The notes under the pieces are model-generated. The model searched no databases. It worked only from the letters and a program-made list of their open reading frames with translations, and was not told where the DNA came from. Shown here in pieces: positions 50,800 through 64,000 of a stretch of 64,000 bases of DNA. A program made the position numbers and the translations under genes. The stretch lies in assembly GCA_965153285.1 (NCBI GenBank), contig OZ229116.1. The stretch is one strand, 5' to 3'. The stretch is from Podarcis tiliguerta. Taxonomy: Eukaryota. Numbering within the stretch: the stretch's first letter is position 1; every line of letters starts with the position of its first letter.

Positions 50800-51270
50800 T
50801 TAGTATAAATGCAAGAGAATATGAAGTGGCATCCAGTCACATTAGCTGAAAAGGTTCCTGCTCTCTCATATAACTGTTGTGCAGAAGGAAGAATTGCAGC
50901 AGGTGCAGCTTTCCTTGTCTCTTTCACAAGCTGCTCTTGCCCTGCAAATCTGTGCCACCTTTGCAGCCAGGTTGCTCTGCTGTCCAACTCCATGCTAAAT
51001 AGTGGACCTGTGTACAGTGCAACAAGCATAGTACTTCATTGCTGGAGATAATGCAGTTGCAAACTACTGCTGCAGGCCATATGAATGCACATCTACATAT
51101 AGGCGTAATTATCTACAGCCTTCTGGATTATGAAATGCTATAATTAGTCTCCCTATTAGTCTGAGCTGCTGTAATGCTGTGATTAAATCTATGAGCTGGA
51201 AATCTAGGGCTCAAACCTCGCCCTTTCTTCAGTTCACTTGTAGCTTTAGAAAGCCCCTATGATTCAGCCC

Positions 51271-51495
51271 CATAAGAATGTTAGATGAGCCCTGCAGGAT
51301 CAGGCCAATGACCCACCTTGTCCTGCATCCTGTTGTCACAGTAGCCAGCCATAAGCCCATGGGAAGCCTATATAGCAGGACATGATTGCAACAGGACACT
51401 CCTCACTTGGGTTTTCCAGTGTTTGGTATTCTGAGGCATCCCATCTCTGGTACTGCATGTAGTATATACAGACATCATTACCAGTAGCCATTTGT
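51271..51495 (-). mobile_element. CR1-like 3' end, probably nested in an old MIR/CORE-like SINE
   Basis: cataagaa...gagccctgcaggatcaggccaatg; SINE-like flanks at about 51165-51270 and 51500-51610. Confidence 0.6.
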
Positions 51496-53575
51496 ACCCT
51501 TAGCCTACACTCCAACCCCACAATATGGGCACAATAATACTGGTCTGTGTTGTACAGGTGTTGAAAGAATTGCTAAAATAATATTGGAGAGACACTGTGG
51601 GATAGTGTATAAGACTTCTGCTCTACATCTGGAATGAAGACCCAAGACAGGGATCATGGTAAGAGGTTATAGTCATTAAATGCTTATACCAAACCAAACC
51701 ACACCAAATAGAAATGTGGGCAGGCATAGCCTGTGCTAGCAGAAAGTCTCAACCCTACCACTAAGGGCCAAACCACCCTAGAACAACTTCCTCACCCCAG
51801 CTGACATGAAGGGAGGCAAAAACAATATTCCCTTAAAGATAAGCCATAGGTGTGTGGCCCGGCAGGTCCCAGGTGTCTCTCACTGCTCAGCATTCAGCAG
51901 GTGGCACATGCCAGGCCCTGAATGCCCCAAGCTGGTTGACAATAGGAGGTGGTTCATGGCACGCCCTCCACCCAGCTATCAAAGGCAAACTCCCCCCACT
52001 CTACCCTGTTGTTCCAAACAGACCACATGCAGAAGAGTCGTTTCAAGCCCTTGTTTATCACTGAAGCTCATTGGGTGATCCAAGAGAAGCCATAATTTCT
52101 CAGCTTGACCAACCTCATTGGGCAAACTGTGTGTACCTTGGATGAATGGCAGGGTATTCATTTGATGCATAAACCAGATAGTGAGAAGTGTTGAGCACTT
52201 TTTAGATGGACTATATCAATGCTAACTTTTTTATGACGCTCTCGGTGCCAAAATACAAGCAAATATATGCATAAACCTTATGTATTTAGATGCTCATTAA
52301 CTTCCCACAAAACCTGTCCACAAGCTGTACTGCATACACTCTTGGAGTTTTAGATACAAGGTGCTGATTCATATTATATTTGCATTGGATCAAAGTGCTA
52401 ATTTAAGGTTTCTGTGAAATACTGTCTTGTTTTAGCGATACATTCCCTGGACTTTTGGGGTAAACCCTAGGCACACTGGCATAAACAAAATGTAAAAAGA
52501 TAAATTAAATTATGAAAAAGGCAGCTAAACTTCAGTTGCAACCACACCATAAAACATATAAACAGAGAATCTGGACTCTTTTTTCTCTCACTTTTTTTTT
52601 TTTTTTTTTTTTTTTGCTTTCTTCAGCAATATTAATTTGACTTACAATCTTCCATAATTTTTCATTACTTTCAATTAAAATATTGCTTGAGAGACAAGAC
52701 AATATTGAGACTTTCTGCCACTTGATGAATTACAGATGAATACAGATGCTAAAAAGTCAGATAACTAATTTTAAAACATAGAATCTTGAAACCAAATAGA
52801 TCAGCCTGACAGAATATATGGGGGAGCTTTGACACTAAATATCAGCAGAATCAGGAAAAAAATACGGGAGCTTTAGTAGGCTTTTGAATAAAGCCTACTA
52901 AAAATTATACATGAGAGTTTGCACAGCTTTAAAAAACCATTAGAAAACAATTCTTGGGGCCGTTGGAGAAAACCCTGGGTGTTCATTGCTATTTACAATC
53001 TTTGAGGTTTTCTACAATCAAATGGTATTAAACTTTTAGGAAATAAAAGTAAATTAGACCTGCCAGCTTTTTCCACTATATTCCTGATGTAGACATTCAC
53101 TCATCCCTTCTTCTCTGGCAGGCGGGTGAGGGGATTGCCATTTTGCAGTTTGCCTCAGGTGTCAAAATGTATTGGGCTGGCCCTGCTCATTGTCCTAGTA
53201 TTTTTCCAATCTCTTCCCCCCACCTCCAGCCTCCACAAGTATTGTATTTCCCTTGCACTACCATGTAAATTGCCTGGACCCTCTGCTTAAGGCAATGGAA
53301 ATACACTGCTCTAAAAATGTAAAGGGGAAGAGAAGAATCCACCCCTTAGTCTGTTTAACTAGGTCAATGAAACCATTTGTAAATACCGAGATCTGCAGTC
53401 CATGCCAGGACTTGTGCAGCCAAAAAAACACAACCAGTCAGTGATACCACAAAGCAGCATGGAACCACTCCGGAAAAGAAACAATAAGGAATCAACTAGA
53501 CCCACATGGAGGAAATAAACATTTAGATCTCAGGACATGACTCACAACAATTTTTTGGCCATTAGGAAACTCTAC

Positions 53576-53645
53576 TATACTATACTATACTATACTATAC
53601 TATACTATACTATACTATACTATACTATACTATACTATACTATAC
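53576..53645. repeat. (TATAC)14 pentanucleotide microsatellite
   Basis: 14 perfect units. Confidence 0.97.
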
Positions 53646-55351
53646 TCCTCACTCTCTTAAATTTCCATTACCCTATGTTCCCTGCAGGTTGCAAAAGAAA
53701 ACAAAAACCCAACATCTTGGCACATCAGGTGAAGAAACAGAGAGTATTCAGCCCAGAGGGGCTGGAATTTTGGATTCTGGTTTCCTTCTGTAGCACTAGT
53801 GTACAAGAAAAATAAAATAATGGTAATCTAACTCCATTGAGTGAATAAATGAGTTTGGAAAGCATAATCTAATTTGCTTTTGGAGTGCCTAAAGTTATGA
53901 ATGGTTATTAACTAGTTTTTGAAAAGGAATGAGATGAGAATCCCTAGGGCAGCCTGACTCAAACAGATTTATCAGTGAAAAAACAAACTAAGAATAAATA
54001 GTAGCAAACTTTAAGTGCTGTTGTTAATTCAAGAAAGACAGGACTTATTCTGCAAATCCTCAGTCCTATAAATAATGGCCACTCTAGATTCTTTCACAAA
54101 GAAGAGAAAGGCAGGTAGTCAGACTCCAGCAGACTCAGAACAAGAGTCAGTTAAGCTTGATGAATCATGGATAGTTGAACAGAGGACAGCAAAGGATTGC
54201 AGCAGATCACTGCCTAAGAACTACACAGGCATGCACAGAGAGCACTTTGGAGAAATGGGCTTGTGTAGGGTCTGAGCACAGTTTGCAATGCACGCAACAA
54301 TTACTATGGTATAAAATATAGCAAATACATTGGCCAACTTTGCCACCTAAGATTTTAGTACAGGTCAGACCAGGGTCTGGGTTCACCATACAAGTTCAGA
54401 ACCTGAAGCATAAATGTTTGAAATATGAAAAATGAGCAACAAAAGAATTAGGTAATACAGTATTGATGTGTTGATATAAGAAATAGAAAGTATTGTGGAG
54501 GGAGGAAATTAAAACACCATGGAAAATGGGGCAGGAAGGCAGGAAAGGACAAATTTATCATGTGTTGAAGTATATGTGTAAAACTTTTGAAAATTCAATA
54601 AAATTTTATTCTAAAACAAACAAACAATGCACTGAAATGAAAACATGGAGAGGGAGGACAGGAATGTGGAGACCTCACACAGACCAAATATCTCCAGAAA
54701 TTCACAAGGGCCCTGAAAATGAGGGAGAGAAAAAATGGAAGCCTGTTTTGCAGAAGAAGAAAATGCTCATTGTACTAGGGGACAGTTTTTGGCACAGTAC
54801 TGGAATAAATGGCCAATGAGAGGACCTTTATTGTCATAAAAGAAGCGACCAGTGACCTTTCACCAGCTAAATATGATTGGTGGGTCTGCCTGAATAATAT
54901 TGTAAGAGCCACTGATTTAAATCGTAGAAGTGGCCATATAATTTCCATAAGACTTTTCCCCCCTGTACTCACTTTTTACTGGATAGGAGCCCATGAAGAG
55001 AAGAGAATCAAAAGATTTCCAGTGACTCTTGATGTCTTCAGGACTATCCGACCTGGCAGGTTAAGACACTCACATTTTCCTAAAGGGTGGATTCATGATC
55101 TGTTCTATTGTTTTAAGATTATATCATGGAAAATGCTTTGCCTTCATATTTGCAATAAAACTCTGCAATAAAACAAATTTAAGAATAAAGGCTTTTTGAC
55201 ACACAGATGGACAAATAAAAATGTATTTCTTTCTGGGCTGACATCATAATGTAGATAATAATAGAATATGGTAGGGCCAGATTTGGGAACTAGCTGCAGA
55301 GATGGGAGCTCGTGTGTGTGTGTGTGTGTGATTTGAATATAATAATATACT

Positions 55352-55465
55352 GATGGTTGGATGGTCATCTGTCATGGTTGCTTTAACTGAGATTTCTGCA
55401 TTGCAGGGGGTTGGACTAGATGATCCTTGGGATCCCTTCCAACTGTACAGTTCTATGATTCTGTG
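55352..55465 (+). mobile_element. CR1 3' end
   Basis: ttggatggtcatctgtc...gggggttggactagatgatccttgggatcccttccaactgtacagttctatgattctgtg. Confidence 0.8.
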
Positions 55466-55889
55466 AAACCTTCATGACTATATGAAGGTATATGTATAAC
55501 CTAGCTTTTCCTAGCCTGTTGTTCTCCCAGATGCTTTGGACTACAATGTCTATCATCCCTGACCACTGACCTGGCAGGCTGAGGGCACCTCATTGGGGAG
55601 GCAGACCAGGCCTCGGTCATACATGTCTTACATTGCAATGCTATATAGGTCTACTGAGAAAAGAGCCCCACTGAGTTCAATGAAACTTACTGCCATATAG
55701 ATATAGATATAGATACCTGGGATGATGGAACTGAAGCCCTCCAGATGTTACTGGACTACAACTCCCATCATCCTTCACCATTGTTCATGCTAGATGGGTT
55801 AGAGTCCAATAATGTCTGAGGGTACACAGGTTCCCCATTCCTGATGTATGAGTTTGCAGCCTGCATCACTTCCACATTAGATTACAGAA

Positions 55890-56415
55890 ATGTGCTCTGT
55901 GTGTGGTTGCCTTGGAAGATATTGTGAAAGCTTCAGTTGGTTCAAAAGCCAGCTGCCAAGATTTTTCCTGCAATTTGCAAATTATATCACACCAGTCCAT
56001 TTCCGAGCACAATTCAAAGTGTTGGAGTTGACCTTTAAAGCCCTAAACGGCCTCGGCCCAGTATGCCTGAAGGAGCATCTCCACCCCCATCGTTCAGCCC
56101 AAACTCTGAGGTCCAGCACCGAGGGCCTGTTGGCGATTCCCTCAGTGTGAGAAGTGAGATTACAGGGAACCAGGGAGAGGGCCTTCTCGGTAGTGGCACC
56201 CGCCCTGTGGAATGCCCTCCCATCAGATGTCAAGGAAATAAACAACTACCTGACTTTTAGAAGACATCTGAAAACAGCCCTGTTTAGGGAATTTTTTAAT
56301 GTTTGATGTGTTTATCGAGTTTTTAATATTCTCCTGGGAGCTGCCCAGACTGGCCAGGGAATCCCAGCCAGATGGGTGGGGTATAAATAATAAATTATTA
56401 TCATATTATTATTAT
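55890..56415 (+). mobile_element. L2-clade LINE 3' part (family A)
   Basis: ITPVHFRAQFKVLELTFKALNGLGPVCLKEHLHPHRSAQTLRSSTEGLLAIPSV, continuing after a stop as RAFSVVAPALWNALPSDVKEINNYLTFRRHLKTALFREFF; hairpin and (ATT)n tail. Confidence 0.9.
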
Positions 56416-56749
56416 TCCATTCTCTATGCTGACTGCCAATTCATTCCTGGGTTCAATTCAAAGTGCTGATTTTTAACTTTCCAGCAAAATCCTATACATG
56501 TCTAAGTAAGTCCTCACTGAGCTCAGTGATGTTTACTATTCAGGAAGTAAGTCTTCACTGAGCTCAGTGGTGTTTACTGTTACTGGCCTGAGTGTCTCAA
56601 GAATTCCCTCCTGATTCCACCTCTAAGGAGCTTTAGTCCCCCTGCCTTCAAACACTTAATGATTAGGTCCAACAGAGAGGTTTCAGGTGGAGTAACCAGA
56701 GCTATATGCAGCATTCCAAGTCTGGTTGCACCATATATGGCATTATCAT

Positions 56750-56880
56750 CCTGGGAGTTTTATGTTCCATTTTCTAATGATCCCAAGCATGGACTTTGCA
56801 TTTTTCACAGTTGATGCACACTGACCCCATACATTCATGTCTCCATTTAATAGTAGTCCTAACTCACATCTTTCCAGTTT
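56750..56880 (-). mobile_element. CR1 ORF2 fragment
   Basis: ERCELGLLLNGDMNVWGQCASTVKNAKSMLGIIRK resembles CR1 ERDLGV...SQCAAAVKKANSMLGIIRK. Confidence 0.7.
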
Positions 56881-58573
56881 GGCAACAGCCACCCTCCTTG
56901 CCTTATGAAATAAGAGCTTGTCCTCTGTCTCTTTTTTAGGCTCTTCCCTTTTAGTCACTTCATGTATACCACATGGTCCACCCAATCATCCCACAACAGC
57001 ACAAACCTGAATTGATATCCATTTTGATAAATATGGTCTTACTGTCAAGAAATACCTATCTAGGGACATTGTGGAGATACAGTTGCATATATCTTCAGAT
57101 GCCAACACTGAATTATATCTGATATATTATACAACTTCATTTCTTGAATAAAGTCACAAGCATATACTCTCTGCATTCTAAAAAGCAAATGTCTGGCAGC
57201 CAAAGCTTATTCTTTATATTTCTGGATGCAATAGAGCAAACATAAATTTCATGTCCCATGACTCTTGTTTTGCTCCAGATATATGATGAGTCCTCTTAGC
57301 TAAAGATGAAGCATAATCTGGCAAACTCCCAGTTTCAGAGCTAGCAGACAGCAAGGATGTATCCTCCTCCCGTTGCTATTAAATTCTGGCTCCTAGGGAT
57401 TAGTAAGTGATGTGGACTTTCCTAGGGAGTACAAAATCAGAATGCTTTTCCTTTTTTAAAAAAGTCTAACTTAAGGATACTAAAAAAATAAAAATATGTT
57501 TGGTCCACATTTGAATTGTCCTGATCTGCACTTCCTGAACTAATATGCAGATCAGAATACATTTATCCTTTGGTTCTTGTACTTCTCTAAATTGAGTGAA
57601 ACAATTCTCAACTAAGCATATAAAATAGGCATTTTAGGTTATGAAGTGTTCAAAAATTGCATATTTTAAAGGAAATATGAACCAGAACTGTGAATGTTCA
57701 TGTTTCTTTTTTAAAATCACAGAATGATGCAGAAATGGAATGGAGGGGGTTCTATGAATAAACCAAGGTTAAGAAAACATTGACCACCCCTACACCCAAT
57801 AGGAATGTGAACAGACTAAGCCTGTGATTCTATGAAGACTGAGTTAACTAGGGCTTACTTCTAGACAATTATGGCTAGGAATGGGCTGCAAAGCTGCTAA
57901 TGATTTCAATTAAAACAGATTTATAGCCACAGTATCCAAGATAGTCTGAAGTTCCTGGCACTGGAAAGAGCAAAAGACAATCCTCCATTTTGACAATTAA
58001 CAAAATATGCTAGCATTCCTATCCTCTATCTTCTGCTGGAAAGGGAAAAACAATGTGAAGGATTTATTCCTTAGTTATCACTTCCCAAGAGAAGGATAAT
58101 TCCAACAACCAGAGCTACTCAACCAAGTGACCTCAGCATTGCCAGAAGTTATTGAAACCCCCTGGCTTCAGGTTTGGATCACTTGGTTAAATGTAACTGT
58201 TAGGAGCGAATTTGGTTGTGTGGAACAGTTACTGTTTCCTTTCACACAAATATAGTATGTCTTAATAGGAAGCACATTTTTCATCTGATGACTCTATCAC
58301 TATAAAACTATGATCCCAGCTGGTCAAGGATGTGCTATAATCAAAGTTTCTGCACATTAATGATTTTTTCATTAAAATGAACTGGCTGTGCAATCAACAC
58401 AATCAGGTCTCCTGCAGAAATCTATTCCTTTCCATAGAGAACCCCATTTTATTAAGTGTAGGCAACACACAAAGACTGCTTGGTGCATTTGTGCCTAGTA
58501 TACATTAAAAAAAATGTTAAGAGGTCAAACCTTAGCAAATTTACTCTGATCAAGTTTCTCCAAAGTAAATGTG

Positions 58574-58712
58574 CATGGAATTGTAGAGTTGGAAGGGACC
58601 CCAGGGGTCATCAAGTCCTACCCCCTACAATACAGAGATATTTTTCGCAACATGGGGCTTGAACCCATGGCCCTGACATTAAGAGCTGCATGCTCTACTG
58701 ACTGAGCTATTC
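58574..58712 (-). mobile_element. tRNA-Lys(CTT)-derived SINE with CR1 3' tail
   Basis: Minus strand ATAGCTCAGTCAGTAGAGCATGCAGCTCTTAATGTCAGGGCCATGGGTTCAAGCCCCATGTT resembles tRNA-Lys-CTT and is fused to ...GATGACCCCTGGGGTCCCTTCCAACTCTACAATTCCATG. Confidence 0.8.
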
Positions 58713-61700
58713 TAAGACTGCAGCCATACACCACAGCTGTATGCATCTTAACTCAGAGTTAAGCCCTACTATGATCCATTCCCAGGCAAATGAGTTTAGG
58801 ATTGCTGCCTTAGGTATTGTCAGTTTTTAAAAACAGTGGGTATGAAGAACATGCCCAGTGATCATCTAATACCAGTGGACCCTAAAGCATCATTATGGCT
58901 AGGTTAAAACTGTGATACCTTAAAGAAAGCAATTTTAAAAGTCAAGATGCTCTCACTGAGGGTGGGGGAGGATCAAAAGTCAAACTAAAGTAACAAAGCT
59001 AAAATGCTGAAATTGCTAAGATCTGTCTGTCTATCTGGGATTTAACCTAGAGATGTAATGGGTTTGCATTAACACCTTCCATGTGAGCACTGGAAGATTT
59101 TGTGAAATTCAAGATTTAAAAGCCTGCAATCCTCTCCAGATAAGAATGGACTGCAGTTCACAATGTATAATGTTTCACAAGCACTAAAACCAGAAGAATT
59201 TGAAATAAATAAGAGTTTTTTCTGTGATTTACTGATAATGTGTGGCTGTGACACCTTTTTAAAATATATACTTGATAGATAGATTTATAGAAAGCTTCTG
59301 AGAACTTTCCCAGGACTTTGACCTTTATTTTCTTGTGTCACTTCTCTTGATGCTTTTCCTGGCAAGCTGTGACATGACATCATGGGACCTGATCATCTGA
59401 GACCTTGCTGTGATGGGCTCAGTCCTTTTGTCTGAGAAACGCCTGTGTGAACCTATGCAGCTCTCACAGCAAAAGACATCTGAACTGGGCCACTGAATAA
59501 GCCAAATTACCATGAATCTGAGTTCTGTGGATTTTTCAGCCTAGCTCTACAATAATTGAGAAATGTCATTGTGTAGGCATGTGTGTGTGGTGCCCACAAG
59601 CTTAAAAAGGTTGGTGACCCCTGGTGCGGTGGCTAGAGTAATGGATTCCTGGCTTAAAATTTCAAATCGGCTACAAGGCTCACCACCCCTTCACAGTTAA
59701 AGGTGCAAAATGGGCTCCATTCACATACAATGTTATGCATGTAAGCTCTTTCCCACCACCCCATTTGGGGTCCCTGGTTGTGTGCACCAGGCCTATGTAC
59801 ATGGCATACATTTAATGCACAGAGCTCCTTCTGCATCTTCCTCTGCAACCGTTGAGGTCCGGGTCTGGGGATGTGGTCCCACTTCCCAAGTGTACATGGA
59901 GAGAAGCTGAAAACAAGACTTGGATGACCATGGGCCAATCATTACTCCCCCCCCCCCCGCCATTCTCCATCTCTTTGCGAAGATAATGTTGTGGGTCAAG
60001 GGAGAATCCTCCTGAGCACCTTAGAGGGAGGCTGGGATAAATGAAAAAATGAAAAATAAAGTCCACAAGGTCCATATTAAGGCTTCAATCTAAGAAGCTC
60101 AGGAGCACCCACGGGCTTTGGACATTTGGTATGTGGGGGTGGGGGGAGGCGAGCATTCAAGAAAAAATAACCTCCAAGGGTTCCATGGGTGCAGAGTGCT
60201 ACCTGCATAGTTCTTTCAATCAGTCCCATCCAAGAATAATAAATGCCAGTTTTGCCACTGCCCATCAGATGCAGACAGCAGGGTTGCGACACCTTCCACA
60301 GGCACTTCTTTTCCTAAAAGGCATCCTGCATCTATATCCACACTGAATCAGCATCTGCTGCTATCATACGATACAGGCACAGACCCCCTCAGAAAAGGAC
60401 TGATCTCCATCACATCATCTGGCCTCACATTTGTCTGCCATGCTGTGGCAGGGAATGTGATACTGAGCTGACAAAAAGCAGCACACATTATGCCTGCAGA
60501 GACCTTTTGTTCTTCTGCATCTCCCCTGCTGGTTTTCAAATTCCAAATGGATTTCCCCTTTTCTCTGAGTCTCTCTCTGTCTCTCATTCATATAGGCATA
60601 TTCTCTCTCCCCCCCCCCCCCCCTTTGAGCCTTTCAAGCCAAATGGCCTGGTCAGATCACAAGCCAGCAGGTGCTCTTCTGCTCCACATTTGCATCTCCC
60701 AATCCAAACACACACCTCTCCCTCTCAGCCTTAAAAATAAATCAAGGGAGACTTATCAGTTTGTTTAAGGCTTTGAAGTTTGGCTGGGCTCTGTTTATAT
60801 ATTAGCCTGTTTCTGGGAGGATATACTTGACATGTTCAGGTTGGTAGCAATTAGAGGCAAGAAGAAATTGCTTGAATAAGGTGCAAAAAGGAGAAGTGGA
60901 AAGTGGATGGCCCGTGCCTGGGAGAGCCAGGTTTTTTGCTCATTGCAGTATTGTTGCTTGGGTGGAAAAGATAACGGCAAAGAGGAATTGCAATAGCTTT
61001 AAAGCCAAAAGTACATATTGTGGGGGGTGCAATTTACTCCTAGACTTTTGGATGCACCTTTTTGCAATTATATGAACTTATTTTTCCACAGAGAATTCAG
61101 CTCTGCAATGTTTCAGCAATCCCTGCAAGGTGGCCAGTTTCCTCATCAGTCAAATGCTCGATAGCATATAAAAACACATCCATAACCTGGAGACACATTA
61201 GGCCTGGCCCAGCAGTAAGGGCAAATATCCAATATGGTGATTTCAATAGGACTGGGGATGCGTTAGAGAATCACACATAGGACTGAGTCCAAAGAGCATA
61301 ATAACAAGATGAAGTAATGCTCTGCCGAATTGACTGCGAAAGTTTCATTGTCCATTCATTCCTCTCTTGACTATCATTGACCTTGCATCTCCAAAATACC
61401 TACTAAAGATCTTCCACCTACCTGAGAGTTTGACACATTTAAAAACATCATATTTGAGGAAACACTGTTTCTGACAAATGTTGTATCCCTGCCTCCCATG
61501 CAATGTATTCAGTCTACACTTCCTTTTTCTATAGGGCAGAAGAGCAGAACCCCCATTAGCACCAGCCAGCACACCCAGATGGTCAGGGGTGATGGGAGCT
61601 GAAGTCCAACAACATCTGGAGGGCTGCACAGATTCCCCATCCCTGATGTAGGATGCCAAGTCGTTAAGCTAGGCCTGCCTACTTTTTCAGGCCTTGCTTC

Positions 61701-62909
61701 TGTGCCTGTAACAGCAGCATGAAATGCAGAAATGAAGCTTTCCTCACTTTATTTCCCTGCTGGGGAAAACTTCTTCTGCAAAATGTCGGTGCATTGCTAT
61801 TGTTAAAAACACAGGAGCAAGGTCAGAGAAAAATGATAGTTAATTCTAAACAATTAATATATCTCTATTTCTCATATGTAAACCTATGTACTTCTATTTA
61901 GAAGATAGCTGAAGGAGACATTGGCCAGTGAACAAAGGCAGTTCTTTAGCTATCGAGTCCAGCGCTATTTAGAGCTTTAAAGAGATTACAAAAACAGCAC
62001 ACTAGTTAGTCAGTGTAGCTCCTTGAGCACTGGTGTGATGTGCTCTTTGTTCAACCCCCGTTAATAATTTGGCCACCACGTTCTGAACCAGCTGAAGTTC
62101 TGAATATAATGCAGTGAAGTAATCTAGCCTTTGCTCTAAGGAAAAATAGAATTACCACCACCACGCTAACATTTTAATGTGCTTCCATACATTACAGCTG
62201 CATGAGAAAGAGGTACAGATGATACAAGAACCCTCCACCTTCCAGAAGCATCTTCTGAGTTGAGCATTCACATTCCTTACACAGAGAAAGTTTGCCAAAA
62301 AGGATTTGTATTCTGTTGTTCTAAACTTCCTTACATATTAAACACCAAGTCACTTAAGGAGTAACTCAGCTCCATAATGAGCTGTGTGCCTACATAATAC
62401 CTCTCCCACAACCTACACATACAGTTGGAATCCTCCCCTTCCTTCCACTTTAGTAACAACCCAGTTTGACCACAAATCTGGATCACCACCTACTTCAACA
62501 CTGGGTTGCAATCTTGGTCTGTGGACAAGGTAACCCCCAAAATTATTCATATAGCAGCTAGCATTGACATTACATTGGAACCAACGTATTGCACACTTCA
62601 CACTTTGGCTATAAATATCTCTGGGGTCTAGCTCAGGAGTAGCCAAGGTGCCCTCCAGAGGTTGTGAAACTCCAACTTCTGTCAGACCCACCCAGCAAGG
62701 TCAATGATGAGGAATGATGGAACATCTGGAGGGCATCCCATTGGCTACCATTGTTCTACCTGATGGCAATAGGTCTCAGAATTATTGTAATTCTTCAAAA
62801 CATACCATCATTTTTCATGTCCCTTTTTTAAGGATGGCAAATTGCTGTGCTGGTTCAACTTAAAGAGAAACACAGGATATGTTTTTAAAAATATCACTTC
62901 ATTAGAATA

Positions 62910-63135
62910 CAGTAAACCCACAACCTATGCACATTTAACTTCTGCACGTTCAGCTTTACACACTTGACAAAATTGTTTAATTTGTTTTTTTAAGGGGGTG
63001 GGAAGGGGCCGGGCATCTGGGGGAAAAGACTTTTTCAATCCCACCTGCTACTGAACCCTGTGTATTTTGACTATACACAATTTTGGCTTTAGGCACAATC
63101 TCTGGAACATAATCCCCACATAAGTTGCAGCCTAT
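62910..63135. mobile_element. Decayed Tigger-like MITE
   Basis: TA|CAGTAAACCCACAACCTATG start with a partly complementary CATAAGTTG near 63119. Confidence 0.4.
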
Positions 63136-64000
63136 TTTCAGCAACTATTGTTGGCCCATTAAGCCTGCAATCCTGTGCACAGTTCCTAGGAAGGAAGATG
63201 CATTGAACTCAGTAGGACCTACTTCCATGTAAACATACACAGGGTGGAGCCAAGTAGGATATCTTCCTTACCTTTTCTCTTCTTCTAACTTTAATTATTC
63301 AATACCTATGTAGCAAAAGGATTAAAGCTCTGAAACAGGATGTTGTGAGTCACCTAGTTGGAGAAATGAATCAAGGAGGAAATTGCCTGATTTCTGATGA
63401 CATTGTTTAGTAGTACCTGTTGTGACCATGTCTGCTTGTCATACCATACTCTGCCTTTTCTTGGAAATTAGACAAGTAAACATGCCAGGCACACTTCAGC
63501 TATAAACCACTACAAAGGGACTTAGCACTGTTTGTTCTTTTGCTCTGCCTTTCACTGCTGACAGCTCCCGAACTAGACGTGAGATGCCAACTATGCCAAG
63601 ATACTTGCAATAAATTGATTGAGAAGAATTCTGCAGGAGAAAAAAATATGAAGACAGGAAAAAAAACAATTGCCTGGAATGATTGATCTCTTCTCCAGAT
63701 ATTTATTCCTTTACGCATTCATGAGTCATCTACTACAAATGAAGTTTGCTTTCTTTGACAGAAGGATGTGCCTATTGGGGCACCCAGACCTGTTGTAACT
63801 CTAACCTCAATCAGGAAAAGGAGTGGGCCTGTAGGAATTCATGCAACCCTGATTCTCATTCCAGATGTGCCGCTTCCTTCCTGTGTGTCCTTGTGCCAGT
63901 TTCCTTAGTTCTCTGCCTCAATATCCTCTCACGGGGATTCTGCTAATAGCAGCACTGAGACTTTGTGGGATAAACGAGCTTCACTAAAACTACTTAAACC

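Noticed and set aside
58645-58712. Functional tRNA-Lys gene
   Set aside because: Acceptor and anticodon stems are disrupted and it is fused to a CR1 tail, so it is a SINE head. The tRNA-Ala-like sequence at 7760 is likewise a SINE head.
61130-61152. Hammerhead ribozyme core (minus strand CTGATGAGGAAAC)
   Set aside because: There is no stem II between CTGATGA and GAAA; the other CTGATGA hits I checked (near 4138, 25083, 58285, 63394) also lack the fold.
1-64000. Prokaryote-type systems (CRISPR arrays, operons, defence islands) or intact viral genes
   Set aside because: The sequence is intron-containing vertebrate DNA with no regularly spaced repeat-spacer array and no long intact ORF apart from the SNAI2 exons.

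Overview
This is vertebrate genomic DNA, almost certainly from a squamate and probably a lacertid lizard (inferred from Sauria/POM-type SINEs and lizard-type L2, CR1 and L1 elements). It holds one protein-coding gene, SNAI2 (Slug), on the + strand in three exons (11045-11123, 11639-12184, 13788-13969; 807 nt, 268 aa). The rest is a gene desert of transposable-element relics (L2, CR1, L1, Sauria SINE, tRNA- and 5S-derived SINEs, hAT and Tc1/mariner MITEs, a solo LTR), microsatellites and TE-free stretches that may be enhancers. Nearly all other entries in the ORF track are spurious or TE-derived. I found no new multi-gene system. The best leads are: (1) a solo LTR whose U3 carries a decayed acidic, Trp-rich ORF ending in a probable RRSxRL motif, with the same frame kept in a second copy; (2) three micro-uORFs in the SNAI2 leader; (3) a canonical PXDLS CtBP-type motif in this SNAI2; (4) two L2 families whose 3' nested hairpins share a fold but use UUCG versus GAAA tetraloops. 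Repeat family names and cross-species comparisons come from recall, not from searches.
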